Under the pieces are notes generated by a model. The model searched no databases. It had not been told where the DNA came from and saw nothing but the letters and a program-made list of their open reading frames with translations. From an uncultured Chloroflexia bacterium (GTDB taxonomy: Bacteria; Chloroflexota; Ktedonobacteria; Ktedonobacterales; JADMIN01), in assembly GCA_963718915.1 (NCBI GenBank), contig CAVRAI010000015.1, positions 167,812 to 231,811 of the forward strand: a stretch of 64,000 nt of DNA, written 5' to 3'. This document shows, one piece after another, positions 1 to 10,149 of the stretch; positions within the stretch are counted from its first letter, which is position 1, and the number at the start of each line of letters is the position of its first letter. A program made the position numbers and the translations under genes.

Positions 1-1
1 C

Positions 2-328
2 GAACTCGACTGGGGCGAGGAAGGACTGACCCGCGACGAGATTCGCGCGCGCTATCCAAAGTTGCCTTCGGCGCTCTACCTGCGGCTGCCCGCGAGCAAG
101 CATTTTACCTCCACCGACGATGTGATTCTGAACGTCGCGGACTCGCGCGAGCGCGCCGAGGGCGAGATTCCCGGTGATTCGGGGGACAGCCCGGAGGCCG
201 AATCCCTTGGCGATGGCGGCCCGCCCGCGTGGGGGCCAGACCCGATCTACTCGCGCTATGGCAAAGAGGATGGCGGCAGCGCCGAAGACACCGAGGAGCT
301 TTTCTTGCCCGAAGAGGACGAGGAGTAG
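2..328 (+). CDS. 3' end of a CDS starting upstream of the window; acidic Gly/Asp/Glu-rich tail, no domain recognised
   Basis: Frame of tracked ORF 62..328 stays open back to base 2 (ELDWGEEGLTRDEIRARYPK...); stop at 326-328. Confidence 0.4.
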   Translation, partial: ELDWGEEGLTRDEIRARYPKLPSALYLRLPASKHFTSTDDVILNVADSRERAEGEIPGDSGDSPEAESLGDGGPPAWGPDPIYSRYGKEDGGSAEDTEELFLPEEDEE

Positions 329-494
329 CGCGACTCGCAGCCAGCGAGGATCGAAGTATCGGCTGCGGGTGGCGTGTCTGGCTCTGCAATTCGCGGTGGG
401 CAGACGCGCGAGACGTTAAGAATGTCTATCAAAACCGTCATCGTCGCCATGCTTGCCAGCACATGCGTGAGCATGCCAGGGAAGGAAGGGGCTT

Positions 495-1043
495 ATGACC
501 GGGCCATACCTCATCGTCCTGTCTGGCCTGCCCGGGAGTGGCAAGAGCACTATCGCCGAACTGCTGGCAAAACGCCTGCGTTTGCCTATCTTTTCCGTTG
601 ATCCTATCGAGTCTGCTATCGTCACGGCTGGAATTGCCAGGAGCTTTGAGACAGGTCTAGCTGCCTACCTTGTTGCGGCAACGCTTGCCGATGAGCAACT
701 CAAGCTCGGAAGCTCAGTGATCATCGACGCCGTCAATGCCGAGGAAGAAGCTAAAGATGTCTGGCGTGGGCTGGCAAAGAAGCATAGGGTTGAGTTGATC
801 GTCCTCCTTGTCGCGCTTGAAAGTTCACTCCACAAGCAGCGCCTTGAATCCCGTGTGCGGAACCTCCACGGCTTCGGCGAAGTCACCTGGGACAATGTCG
901 AAGCTCGACGGAAGGCATTCACTGCTTGGAAGGAGCCGGTTTTGGAACTCGACGCTTCGCGTGATGTTGAGATGAGTGTTGAGATAGCGGTGCAGTATAT
1001 CGAGACACGATTCACCCAAACCGAGCGCAACGAAGATGTCTGA
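495..1043 (+). CDS. P-loop ATP-binding protein, AAA_33 / small-kinase-like
   Basis: Walker A GLPGSGKST near the N-terminus; 182 aa, size and layout typical of AAA_33 kinases. Confidence 0.7.
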   Translation: MTGPYLIVLSGLPGSGKSTIAELLAKRLRLPIFSVDPIESAIVTAGIARSFETGLAAYLVAATLADEQLKLGSSVIIDAVNAEEEAKDVWRGLAKKHRVELIVLLVALESSLHKQRLESRVRNLHGFGEVTWDNVEARRKAFTAWKEPVLELDASRDVEMSVEIAVQYIETRFTQTERNEDV

Positions 1044-1371
1044 TCGAGCGATAATCGCTACAAGCAGTTTCGAAAGTCGATGCGGCGAGAGTCTGTTACA
1101 CCCTCGAGCAGGCAGTGGAGACCGTCGGCCCTGAGTGCCCTGACCTCCCCGCCTTGGCGCACTGACCCCTACCTTTAGGGAGGGGATAGCGCCACCTAGA
1201 ACAGGTGTGCTATGCTCCAGCGGTACGGCTTGAGGAAGCGCCTGCTCCTAGAGACCAGGCGCCCGTCCCATCGGACCGGGCAGGCCCGTCAGGCGCGAAC
1301 GTCGTCCATTGGGACAGACGTCGCCTGGGCATCACTCCTGGAGAGTGTCAACGTGTGTCCATAGGAGAGGC

Positions 1372-2043
1372 ATGATGAAGTATCTTCTCACGTCCGCTGG
1401 CGTCAAGAACACGAGCATCCACAACGCGCTGGTCGAGATGCTGGGCAAGCCAATCGCCGAGTGCGATGCCCTCTGCATTCCCACGGCCGTGTACGGGCAC
1501 CCCATGGCTGGTCCTCGCAATGCGTGGCGGTTCATCAGCGGACAAGAACCTCAATGCCCCATGGTTGGACTGGGGTGGAAGTCCATGGGAGTGCTGGAGC
1601 TCACCGCGCTGCCTAGCCTCGATGAGGAACGCTGGGTCCCCCTGGTCCGAGCGACCGACGTCCTGCTTGTCGAAGGCGGCGATGCCGCGTACTTGTGCCA
1701 CTGGATGCGAGCGTCCGGCCTCGCGGACCTCCTGCCGTCGCTGCGCGAGACGGTCTGGGTGGGACTGAGCGCCGGGAGCATGGTGATGACCCCCCGTATC
1801 GGAGACGACTTCGTCACCTGGCATTCCCCGGCCGGCGACAGGACGCTGGGCGTGGTCGGCTTCTCGATCTTCCCGCACGTCGGCAACCCGGACCTGCCAG
1901 AGAACACCATGGCCGCCGCGGAAAAATGGGCGGCCAGCATCTCAGGTCCGGCGTATGCGATCGACGACGAGACCGCCATCAAAGTCGTCGACGGCGCCGT
2001 CGAAGTCGTCTCCGAGGGGCAGTGGAAGCTGTTTACCCCCTAA
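1372..2043 (+). CDS. Peptidase S51 (peptidase E) / type-1 glutamine amidotransferase-like protein
   Basis: MMKYLLTSAG..., VEGGDAAYL and GLSAGSMV motifs. GGAGAG RBS just upstream of ATG 1372; the track start at 1309 looks like an upstream extension. Confidence 0.75.
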   Translation: MMKYLLTSAGVKNTSIHNALVEMLGKPIAECDALCIPTAVYGHPMAGPRNAWRFISGQEPQCPMVGLGWKSMGVLELTALPSLDEERWVPLVRATDVLLVEGGDAAYLCHWMRASGLADLLPSLRETVWVGLSAGSMVMTPRIGDDFVTWHSPAGDRTLGVVGFSIFPHVGNPDLPENTMAAAEKWAASISGPAYAIDDETAIKVVDGAVEVVSEGQWKLFTP

Positions 2044-2240
2044 TCCACTGGGTCGGCCAGGAGCAGTTTGAGCCGTTGGTGCTCTAGCGTGGTTGACCCG
2101 ATCGCGCCTCGTACACCGCCGCCTCCACAGTTCGCCCGACGGCGGATGGAGGGCTGGATGAACGCCGAGCGCTGGTCCGAAAGATGAATGCTGCTCATAC
2201 GAGCAGGCTAATTCAGCAGCTGAGTGTTTTGGAACCGCCG

Positions 2241-2636
2241 CTAGCGCACTTTCGACGTGTTTAGCCCCACGGCTTCGACAATAAGTGCCTGCAACGCGGC
2301 CTCATCGACCCTGGCGCCTTCCTGGAAATCGATAGCGCGAACGGTATTGCTATCGAGGCGCGTATTGAAGAGCTTCTCCGGATCCTTCATTTGAGCGCCT
2401 TTGGGGAACGTCAATCTCACAGCATGCTTGAGCGTATCAGCCACACATATCGTTCCATTGTGGGACCACACGGGAACCCCTTCGGGTCTGGAGGGCTTTT
2501 TCCATTTCACTTCTTCAACCACGGCAGGGTCGGCTTCCTTGATCAACGCACGCAGTTGTGACAGTTTCGCACCTCGCCAATCACTTGATTTCTTAATGAT
2601 GTCGTCTATCTGTTGAGAGGCGGGTTTGTCTTCCAT
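2241..2636 (-). CDS. DUF1801 (YdhG-like) domain protein
   Basis: 131 aa with WKKPSRPEGVPVWSHNG...RLTFPKGA pattern typical of DUF1801. Confidence 0.6.
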   Translation of the reverse strand: MEDKPASQQIDDIIKKSSDWRGAKLSQLRALIKEADPAVVEEVKWKKPSRPEGVPVWSHNGTICVADTLKHAVRLTFPKGAQMKDPEKLFNTRLDSNTVRAIDFQEGARVDEAALQALIVEAVGLNTSKVR

Positions 2637-2825
2637 GTCGTGGCCTCCTGGATGACCTGGACAGCTTTAGCGTTCTCCACCGGACACCTCACCTTGGCTC
2701 TCGCCTGATGCTCTGGCCGATCTGTCTGCCAAACAGTAAGATGCTGGCTCACGGCACTGGGATACATGTCACCCAGGCGCAAGCCAGCAAGTCCCATCAC
2801 CGATGGACATCAGAGAACCGTCGCG

Positions 2826-3089
2826 CTACTTGCCTTCATAGTAGTCCGCGTTGATCTTGACGTATTCCTTCCACTGCACCGGGACGGCGCTCTCCTCGAA
2901 GATGGCGGTCACTGGACAGGCAGGCTCGCACGCGCCACAGTCGATGCATTCCTCTGGGTTGATATAGAGTATGTCAACGCTCTCGAAGTCGCTCTCGCCT
3001 TGCGCCGGGTGAATGCAGTCTACGGGGCACACATCCACGCAGGATGCATCTTTGACACCGACACAGGGCTGCGTGATCACATACGTCAT
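2826..3089 (-). CDS. fdxA: Ferredoxin, 7Fe (3Fe-4S + 4Fe-4S) FdxA type
   Basis: MTYVITQPC..CVDVCPVDC and CIDCGACEPACP cluster motifs. GAGGAG RBS upstream of ATG 3089; the longer tracked ORF to 3227 is an extension. Confidence 0.85.
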   Translation of the reverse strand: MTYVITQPCVGVKDASCVDVCPVDCIHPAQGESDFESVDILYINPEECIDCGACEPACPVTAIFEESAVPVQWKEYVKINADYYEGK

Positions 3090-3258
3090 GGAATAGAACT
3101 CCTCACTGCCTGAAAACCTGAAAATGAGCGCACATTGACGGTGCGCGTGTCGCCTGGACTGTGAGCGTCGGCCATCCGACACCATGCCATCCGCATACGT
3201 ACCATTGCGCGGATGGCGCTCTGCCACTCATTATACCGACTTCAACGCGCAACCGCTA

Positions 3259-4029
3259 CTATTGGCCCGTGGAATCTCCGCCATCGCGCTCCGCCTCCGC
3301 CGCGTTCGCCTCCGCCTCGGCGTCCAGTTCAGCCAGCAGCTTGCGGTCCAGCGGCGTCAACTCCAGCCGCGCGAAGAGATCGGGCCGCCGGGCGTGCGTC
3401 CGTCGGAGCGATTCTTTACGACGCCAGCGCGCGATGGCCGCGTGGTTGCCGCTGAGCAGCATCTCTGGCACACGCCATCCGCGAAACTCTGCGGGGCGTG
3501 TATAGTGCGGATACTCCAGCAGGCCCGCCGTGTGCGACTCCTCCTCGGTCGAGCCAGCCGCCAGCACCCCCGGTAGCAGGCGTGCAACCGCGTCCACCAG
3601 CACCATCGCCGCCAGCTCGCCGCCTGTCAGCACGAAATCGCCCAGCGAGATTTCATCGGTCACCAGATGCTCGCGCACCCGCTCGTCAACGCCTTCATAA
3701 TGTCCGCAAATCAGCGTGATGCGCGGCTCATCGGCCAGTTCGCGCGCGATCTGCTGGCTGAAGACACGCCCCTGCGGACTGAGCAGGATGATCGGCCCGC
3801 CGACGCCAAGCTGTTCCACGGCGGCGAAGAGCGGCTCCGGCTTCATCACCATGCCCGCGCCGCCGCCGTAGGGATAGTCATCCACGATGTGGTGGCGGTC
3901 GGTGGTGACATCGCGCGGATTGTGCAGCCCAATCTCCAGCAGGCCACGCTCGCGGGCACGCGCCAGGATGCTCTCGTCCAACGGCCCGCGAAACATCTCG
4001 GGGAAGAGTGTAAAGATCTCGAAGCGCAC
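3259..4029 (-). CDS. trmD: tRNA (guanine37-N1)-methyltransferase
   Basis: [13 protein letters not shown]..., [26 protein letters not shown]: canonical TrmD motifs. Has an acidic C-terminal extension. Confidence 0.9.
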   Translation of the reverse strand: MRFEIFTLFPEMFRGPLDESILARARERGLLEIGLHNPRDVTTDRHHIVDDYPYGGGAGMVMKPEPLFAAVEQLGVGGPIILLSPQGRVFSQQIARELADEPRITLICGHYEGVDERVREHLVTDEISLGDFVLTGGELAAMVLVDAVARLLPGVLAAGSTEEESHTAGLLEYPHYTRPAEFRGWRVPEMLLSGNHAAIARWRRKESLRRTHARRPDLFARLELTPLDRKLLAELDAEAEANAAEAERDGGDSTGQ

Positions 4030-4113
4030 CCATCGCCTCCCACATGAAAGAACCTACCGAATATGCAGCAATATGGTAGTATACGATAGCCCTTATTTTA
4101 TCAGAGACGGCTG

Positions 4114-5904
4114 ATGGCGGGGATGGCGAGTCGTAGCGCATATACGACACCGAGTAAGCCGGGAAATTCGCCGTGGCCTTCAGGCTACGGCGGGCTGGGT
4201 AGCGATCACAGGATCACGTATCGTATGGCAATTTTCTGGCCGACTGGAACACAGGAACAGGTGCGCGCGGGCGAGGCGTTGCGACGCGCGCTCAGCTCCG
4301 CAGTGACGCTCATCGGGGGTGGCGCGGGCATCCTGGCGCTCGACGATACCGGCGTCGCGGAGGAATCGGGAAGCGGCGTCGCGCAACGGGATGGCGAGGT
4401 AACCGTGCTTGCCTATGGCACCCGGCTGGAGGCGGCGCTGAGCCTGGTCAACCGGCTGGGCGCCGACGCGATTCCCCTGCCGATGGATGGGCGCCCGCGC
4501 GTGAGTGTGCTACCGGAATACTGGGGCGGCGAGATCGCGACCCTGGCGCTGGCCGACGCCGACGGCGCGATTGGCGAAATCCACCTGCTCGGCCCGGCAG
4601 GCTTCTCCAGTTCCCGTCCGCTGGCCGATGCCCGCCGACGCCAGGCGCTGGTCAACGAACTGACGACGGTGATACGACTTCATCAGGAACGCAGCCGTCT
4701 GCAACAGGAAAATCGCCAGCTCAGTTCAATTCTCTACTTCAGCGGCGACGGCATTGTAACAGTAGACTCCGCACTCCGCATCACCGGCTTCAATCAGGCG
4801 ATGGAGATGATGACCGCCTGGCACCCCCATGAGGCGATGGGCAAGTTCTACTACGATGTCCTACGCCCCCACGACCCGCAAGGCAAGCCGCTCGGCCTCG
4901 ACCGCGACCCGCTGCTGCTGGCGATCTCCAGCGGGCGAACGGCGCTCAACCGCGAGCTGATCCTGCTGACCCGTGACGGCCAGCGTGTCAATGTCTCGGT
5001 GACGGCGGCGGCCTATCAGGCAGCGCAGGGCCAGCCGATGGGAGGCGTGCTCAACGTGCGCGACATCACCCGCACGCGCGAAGCCGAAGAATTGCGCAGC
5101 ACCTTCGTCTCGGTCGTCTCGCACGAGTTGCAGACGCCGATTGCCATTATCAAGGGGTACGCCTCGACACTGGCGCGCGCGGATGCTCGCTGGGACGCCG
5201 AGGCGCTCCGCGAGCGGCTGCACGCCATCGAGGAGGAGGCCGACCGGCTCAACCATCTGGTGGCCAACGTGATGTATGCCTCACGCATCCAGGCTGGTGG
5301 GCTGACGATGGAGCGCGGCGAACTCGATCTCTCGGAGATGACCCGGTCGGTGGTGCGACGTTTCCTCGCGCGCAGCCCGGATCGCAAAATCTCGGTGCGG
5401 TTCCCGGCGGAGATGCCGCTGCTCTATGCGGATCGCGGGCGCATCGAGGAGGTGCTGCTCAATCTGCTGGATAACGCGGTCAAGTATTCACAGCGGGGGC
5501 TGGATATCCGCGTGCGCGGGCAGGTGACCGACGATGAGGTGATCGTCAGCGTCACCGACGCTGGACAGGGCATCCCGCTCCGCGAGCAGGAACGCATCTT
5601 CGAGCGCTTCCAGCAGCTCGACAATTCGGCCAGTCGGCGCGCGGCGGGCGCGGGCCTGGGCCTCTACATCTGCCGCGCCATCGTGGAGGCGCATGGTGGG
5701 CGCATCTGGGTGCAGAGCGAACTGGGCGCTGGTTCGACCTTCTTCTTCAGTCTGCCGCGCAGCGAGAAGCCGCAATTTCCGGTGGTGCTCTTCGGCGCGG
5801 CGCGTGAGACGCAGCATACACACGAAAACCGGGCGGATGGCGTTGCGGGCGCGACAGACGAGTTAGACGCGCTAGAGGAGTCGGATGATGGAACAGGGGT
5901 TTGA
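4114..5904 (+). CDS. Sensor histidine kinase (GAF/PAS-like N-terminus, HisKA, HATPase_c); resembles the KdpD catalytic portion
   Basis: H-box [10 protein letters not shown]-box [13 protein letters not shown]-boxes DAGQGIP and GAGLGL. Start uncertain (alternative ATG 4225). Confidence 0.8.
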   Translation: MAGMASRSAYTTPSKPGNSPWPSGYGGLGSDHRITYRMAIFWPTGTQEQVRAGEALRRALSSAVTLIGGGAGILALDDTGVAEESGSGVAQRDGEVTVLAYGTRLEAALSLVNRLGADAIPLPMDGRPRVSVLPEYWGGEIATLALADADGAIGEIHLLGPAGFSSSRPLADARRRQALVNELTTVIRLHQERSRLQQENRQLSSILYFSGDGIVTVDSALRITGFNQAMEMMTAWHPHEAMGKFYYDVLRPHDPQGKPLGLDRDPLLLAISSGRTALNRELILLTRDGQRVNVSVTAAAYQAAQGQPMGGVLNVRDITRTREAEELRSTFVSVVSHELQTPIAIIKGYASTLARADARWDAEALRERLHAIEEEADRLNHLVANVMYASRIQAGGLTMERGELDLSEMTRSVVRRFLARSPDRKISVRFPAEMPLLYADRGRIEEVLLNLLDNAVKYSQRGLDIRVRGQVTDDEVIVSVTDAGQGIPLREQERIFERFQQLDNSASRRAAGAGLGLYICRAIVEAHGGRIWVQSELGAGSTFFFSLPRSEKPQFPVVLFGAARETQHTHENRADGVAGATDELDALEESDDGTGV

Positions 5905-6631
5905 CCCACGCAGCATTACGGTGCTGGTGGTCGATGATGAGCCAAGGCTGGTGGACGTGCTGCGTCTGGACCTGGAGATTGAGGGCTACCGCGTCGTTGC
6001 CGCCGCCAACGGCTACGAGGCGCTGGACCGGCTCAAGGATGACCTGCCCGACCTGGTGCTCCTCGACGTGATGATGCCGGAGATGGACGGCTTCGAGACG
6101 CTCCGTCATATTCGCGAGGTCTCGAATGTGCCGGTGGTGATGCTGACTGTTCGCCAGGAGGAGTCCGACCGCATCCGTGGCTTGGAAATCGGCGCCGACG
6201 ATTACCTGGCCAAGCCGTTCAGCCCGCGCGAGTTGCAATCGCGCATCCGTGCGCTGTTGAGGCGGACATTCACCCCCGCGCCCGCCCGCAAGACGCGCAT
6301 CATCGTCGATAGCGACCTGATGATCGACTTCGACCGGCGTGAGGTCTGGGTGCGCGGCCAGAAGGTGACGCTCCGCCCGACCGAATACCGGCTGCTCTAC
6401 CATCTCGTGAACAACGCCGGGCGGCTGATGACCCACGAGACGCTGCTCTCGAAGGTCTGGGGCCACGAATACCGCGACGAGTCGCACTATCTCCGCCTCT
6501 ACATCACCTACCTGCGGCAGAAGCTGGAGCGCAACCCTTCTCAGCCGCAATACATCCTGACCGAGCGCGGCGTGGGCTACCGCTTCCGCGAGCTGGCAGA
6601 GGAGGCCGACGCGCCCGCGCCCCAGCCATAG
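5885..6631 (+). CDS. OmpR-family response regulator, KdpE-like
   Basis: Receiver VLVVDDE...[13 protein letters not shown]...DDYLAKPF. Winged helix with [15 protein letters not shown]...ERGVGYRF. Overlaps the kinase stop by 20 nt. Confidence 0.85.
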   Translation: MMEQGFDPRSITVLVVDDEPRLVDVLRLDLEIEGYRVVAAANGYEALDRLKDDLPDLVLLDVMMPEMDGFETLRHIREVSNVPVVMLTVRQEESDRIRGLEIGADDYLAKPFSPRELQSRIRALLRRTFTPAPARKTRIIVDSDLMIDFDRREVWVRGQKVTLRPTEYRLLYHLVNNAGRLMTHETLLSKVWGHEYRDESHYLRLYITYLRQKLERNPSQPQYILTERGVGYRFRELAEEADAPAPQP

Positions 6632-6655
6632 CCAGGAGCATGTGAGAACGTACAC

Positions 6656-7102
6656 CTATGGCCTGTTCGCCGGGCCACCGGGAGCAAACTCGAGCGCCTG
6701 GAGCAGCCCCATCCCCAGAATCACGATGCCATAGACTGGGCCGAACGTCAGGCCCAGGAGCAGGCTGAGCGCCGCCAGGCTGCTGCCAACGAGCGCGCTG
6801 CCCCACCGGCCCACGCGCATCCAGCCCGCGGTGTCGGCGCTACCGACTGGCAATAGCTCAGCGCCCCAGCCAAAGTTTGCCAGGCCCAGAAATCCGATAG
6901 CCACCATGAAGAGTGGCGTGCCGTGCCCGATGGCGAGCATGAAGAGCGCGAAGCCGATCAGCCCCAGGCCGCTCACCGCGCCCGCCCAGGCAATGCCCTT
7001 GTGGCTTGGCGCTCCCCAGAAGAAGCGTTTCCAGAATCGTCGCATAGGATCCCCCAATGCCATAGCGCGAAGATTCAGCGCTATGGCCGCCAGCGCCGCC
7101 AC
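6656..7102 (-). CDS. Small integral membrane protein
   Basis: About 4 hydrophobic helices. Last gene of the XRE operon. Start uncertain (7102, 7063 or 7045). Confidence 0.5.
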   Translation of the reverse strand: MAALAAIALNLRAMALGDPMRRFWKRFFWGAPSHKGIAWAGAVSGLGLIGFALFMLAIGHGTPLFMVAIGFLGLANFGWGAELLPVGSADTAGWMRVGRWGSALVGSSLAALSLLLGLTFGPVYGIVILGMGLLQALEFAPGGPANRP

Positions 7103-7560
7103 ATATACCCGCCCAGCCAGGTAAGCGAGATCAGCAGCAGCAGGACGCCGATGGCCACGGGCATGGCGTCGCGAAGCGCTGGAAAGAAGATGACGCTGAA
7201 AAACAGGGCGTACAGTCCAAGGTAGGCGACGTAGAATGCGTCGGATTGCGCCGCCGAGTTCATCGCGCGCTGCCCTTCATCCATCCCGCGCGCGTCGAGA
7301 TAGTCGCCCTGCAACGCGAGGATCCCGACGGGAAGCGTCCCCGCCACGGCCAGCGCGAAGACCAGCGCGTTGATCGGGTTCAGCCGACCGATCCACCACG
7401 TCACGAGCGCGAAGAGCAACGCCGCCACCGCACACGCGAGATAGACCACGCCGATGAGGCGCTGTGAGATATGCCTCCGCCGACTCCGCGCGCTGGCGTC
7501 ACGTCGTGGCGTCCGTTGCTCAGTCATCGTTCCTGTCTCCATCATCTCTGCCCCCTCCAT
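7081..7560 (-). CDS. Integral membrane protein
   Basis: 4 hydrophobic helices (e.g. IGVVYLACAVAALLFALVTWWI). Start uncertain (7560/7545/7527); overlaps the end of the XRE gene. Confidence 0.5.
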   Translation of the reverse strand: MEGAEMMETGTMTEQRTPRRDASARSRRRHISQRLIGVVYLACAVAALLFALVTWWIGRLNPINALVFALAVAGTLPVGILALQGDYLDARGMDEGQRAMNSAAQSDAFYVAYLGLYALFFSVIFFPALRDAMPVAIGVLLLLISLTWLGGYMWRRWRP

Positions 7561-7822
7561 CGTATTTCTGGGCGCTCTGTGCAGCGGGCGCCTGTCCGCG
7601 GATGCGAGCATCTTCGTCTGGATCCAGCCAGAAGATCGTTTCGAGTGGCCGGTTGAAATAGGCCGCGAGCCGGAGCGCTAGCTCGATGGACGGCACGTAG
7701 CGTCCCACCTCGAGCGCCAGAATCGTATGCCGCGTGACCTCCAGATCGGCGGCAAGCTGCTCCTGCGTCAGACCATGCTCCTGGCGTAGCTCGCGCAGGC
7801 GATTGACGACACCCTTTGCCAC
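7520..7822 (-). CDS. XRE-family helix-turn-helix transcriptional regulator
   Basis: LRELRQEHGLTQEQLAADLEVTRHTILALEVGRYVPSIELALRLA is a classic HTH_3 domain. GTG start at 7822. Confidence 0.8.
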   Translation of the reverse strand: MAKGVVNRLRELRQEHGLTQEQLAADLEVTRHTILALEVGRYVPSIELALRLAAYFNRPLETIFWLDPDEDARIRGQAPAAQSAQKYDGGGRDDGDRNDD

Positions 7823-7849
7823 AGTACCGTGTTCTCCGTCCCGCTGGTC

Positions 7850-7885
7850 ATGTTAAGCTCACTTAACGTTAAGCATACTTAACAT
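7850..7885. promoter_or_regulatory. Candidate operator: triple TTAAC/GTTAA palindrome upstream of the XRE gene
   Basis: atgttaag-ctca-cttaacgttaag-cata-cttaacat. The centre is a perfect 12-bp palindrome and the outer arms are inverted. Lies 28-63 nt upstream of the GTG. Confidence 0.4.
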
Positions 7886-8040
7886 ACCCGGAGATTCGTC
7901 TTCTGTCAAGGAGGTGCGGTGATGCACAGATGACCTGGTCGTTACGTCTTACATGATACGAAGCGCTCATTCCAGCTCATTGCTTGCTCACTCATTGCCC
8001 GGATCATTGCGCCGGAGTCAGCCACATCAGGAGAATCCCA

Positions 8041-9237
8041 ATGCGACCTGCACTGAAGTTGCGCTGTATCACACTGCTACTGGCTTTGCTGCTGCTGGCG
8101 GCCTGTGGCCAAGCGATGGCGAAGCCCACCACCGCAACTACGCTCGCGCCGACGCCGACGCCGTTTCCGACTGTAACGCCCGCGCCGACGGTCGCTATTA
8201 TTCATTCCAGCGGCGATCCCATCCGGGGCAACGTCGCCTCCTGGGTGCATGCGAACCTGCCCGCGGGCTTTGGCATGCAGTTCCACGTCTCAGATTTGCG
8301 GGTGGCGGAGAGCAATGGCAAGGTGGCGTACTCGTGCGTTGTGCCAGGCAACCCGGATCAGCCGGGACATCCGCGTGTCGTCGTGACGCATGACGGTGGC
8401 GCATCCTGGGCATATACCACCAATATTCCGGTGATGTGGCTTTCATGCGACGCGCTCGCCGTGGATATGCTCAACCCGTCGGTGGTGGTCGCATCGGGTG
8501 ATTTTGTCAGCGGAACGCAGGAGGCCACTTTCGACGGTGGGCAGTCATGGCAGGCGCTCTCGCTGCCACCGCAGCAGGCGATTCTGCAACTCGCCACACG
8601 TGGCAATGTCACCTATGCGCTGATGAGCAAACCAAACGTCGGCCCCAACGGCGCGAGCACGATTCTCGCCGAGAGCAGCGATCACCTGCGTACGTGGCAG
8701 GAGATTGACGCGAATCTCGCTCCGACTAACCTCCGTGATTTCTGGATCAACCCCGGCAATGGCGCATTGCTGCTGCAAACGTATGCTAATGGCCTCTGGA
8801 CCTCGACCGATGATGGCGCGACCTGGCAGCAGATGGGGATTCCCACGAGCAGCGCCGTAGACTATATGGTGCAGCCGCCGATTGCCAATCAACCATGGCG
8901 GCTCTGCGCCGAATACTACGAGACCACCGCCTCGCTGATCTGCACAGTGGATGGCGGCCACGCCTGGTATAACCCGCCCGTAGGACCGTTCTGGCAGATG
9001 GCGGGCATTGCCAGCGACGGAGCGCTGCTGGTCTACGACGAGAACTATATGGTCTACCGCCTGCCAGTTGGCGCGACGCGATGGCAAAAGCTGGGCGCGG
9101 CGCCACACACGGGCTGCTGCATCCAGTATGTGCCAGCCAGCGCTGGTGGTATGCTGTGGATGCTCGCGGCGGAGAGCGATGGCGCGGGTGCGCCGCCAGA
9201 CCCACGGGCGATCTTTAGCGCGGCGTATCCCTATTAA
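8041..9237 (+). CDS. Secreted lipoprotein with BNR/Asp-box repeats (beta-propeller, Ycf48/sialidase-like)
   Basis: Lipobox LLLAAC|G. Repeated DGGASW, DGGQSW, DDGATW, DGGHAW motifs. AGGAG RBS before ATG 8041. Confidence 0.65.
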   Translation: MRPALKLRCITLLLALLLLAACGQAMAKPTTATTLAPTPTPFPTVTPAPTVAIIHSSGDPIRGNVASWVHANLPAGFGMQFHVSDLRVAESNGKVAYSCVVPGNPDQPGHPRVVVTHDGGASWAYTTNIPVMWLSCDALAVDMLNPSVVVASGDFVSGTQEATFDGGQSWQALSLPPQQAILQLATRGNVTYALMSKPNVGPNGASTILAESSDHLRTWQEIDANLAPTNLRDFWINPGNGALLLQTYANGLWTSTDDGATWQQMGIPTSSAVDYMVQPPIANQPWRLCAEYYETTASLICTVDGGHAWYNPPVGPFWQMAGIASDGALLVYDENYMVYRLPVGATRWQKLGAAPHTGCCIQYVPASAGGMLWMLAAESDGAGAPPDPRAIFSAAYPY

Positions 9238-9248
9238 CGCAGGGCCAG

Positions 9249-10061
9249 ATGAGCGCAATCGAGCTTCCAGAAGCATTTCTCAGCAGCCTCGTGGCTGAGT
9301 TCGTGACCGCGGATACCGTTGCCGTTGCGCTGGCGGGCAGCTACGCGCGCGGAGACGCGACCCGCTGGAGCGATGTCGATATCATCCGCTACGCCACGAC
9401 GATGCCCGCAACCAGCGAGGAGCGCTATACGCTCGCCATCCGCGACGGGCGGCTGGTCAGCGTCTCCACCACGACCATCGCGGCGAAACAGGCCGATATG
9501 CGGCGACCGGAAGAGGCGATCTTCGTGGTGCCGGGACTCCGCCAGGCGCGCATCTTGCACGATCCGTCGGGCGCGCTGGCGGCGCTACATCAGCAGGCGC
9601 GCGCCTTCACCTGGGAGCCGCTTCAAACGGCGGCCAACGCCTACGCCAGCGAGCTGGTGATGGGTCTGGCCGAGGAGGCGCATAAGCTGCTGGGCGCGCT
9701 CAGTCGCCGCGATGAGTCCGCCATACTCTACGCCGCGCATGGCGCCGTCGCCGGGCTGACGCGGGCCATCGTCGTGGGCAGGGGCGTGCTTATCGAGAGC
9801 GAGAACAGCTATTATCGCCAGGCGCAGGAGGCCACTGGACTCGACTCCGCCTGGACGCGCTACCATCGCGCAGCCGCCGGATTCGTCGCCGCTGCGAGCC
9901 GCAAGACGCCTGCCGTCGCCATTGGCATCGCCGCGCTCCACCTCTACCGCGAGACGGCGCGCCTGCTATCTTCACTGCTCCTCCCGCGCCATCTGCTGGT
10001 GATCGAGGCCACCCTCGAAGTAATCGCCACCTCCGCCTACGGGCTGACGCCAGAGAAGTAA
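9249..10061 (+). CDS. Nucleotidyltransferase-domain protein (KNTase-like, N-terminal NTase plus helical C-domain)
   Basis: [19 protein letters not shown] matches the GS...D.D pol-beta-type NTase motif. Confidence 0.6.
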   Translation: MSAIELPEAFLSSLVAEFVTADTVAVALAGSYARGDATRWSDVDIIRYATTMPATSEERYTLAIRDGRLVSVSTTTIAAKQADMRRPEEAIFVVPGLRQARILHDPSGALAALHQQARAFTWEPLQTAANAYASELVMGLAEEAHKLLGALSRRDESAILYAAHGAVAGLTRAIVVGRGVLIESENSYYRQAQEATGLDSAWTRYHRAAAGFVAAASRKTPAVAIGIAALHLYRETARLLSSLLLPRHLLVIEATLEVIATSAYGLTPEK

Positions 10062-10149
10062 AAAGGCGTCGGTCCCGAATGTCAGAAGGTATGCGTCCAC
10101 GGGTGTGATACGATGGCGAGGGGAATATTCAGCGGGGAGAGCCATTCTC

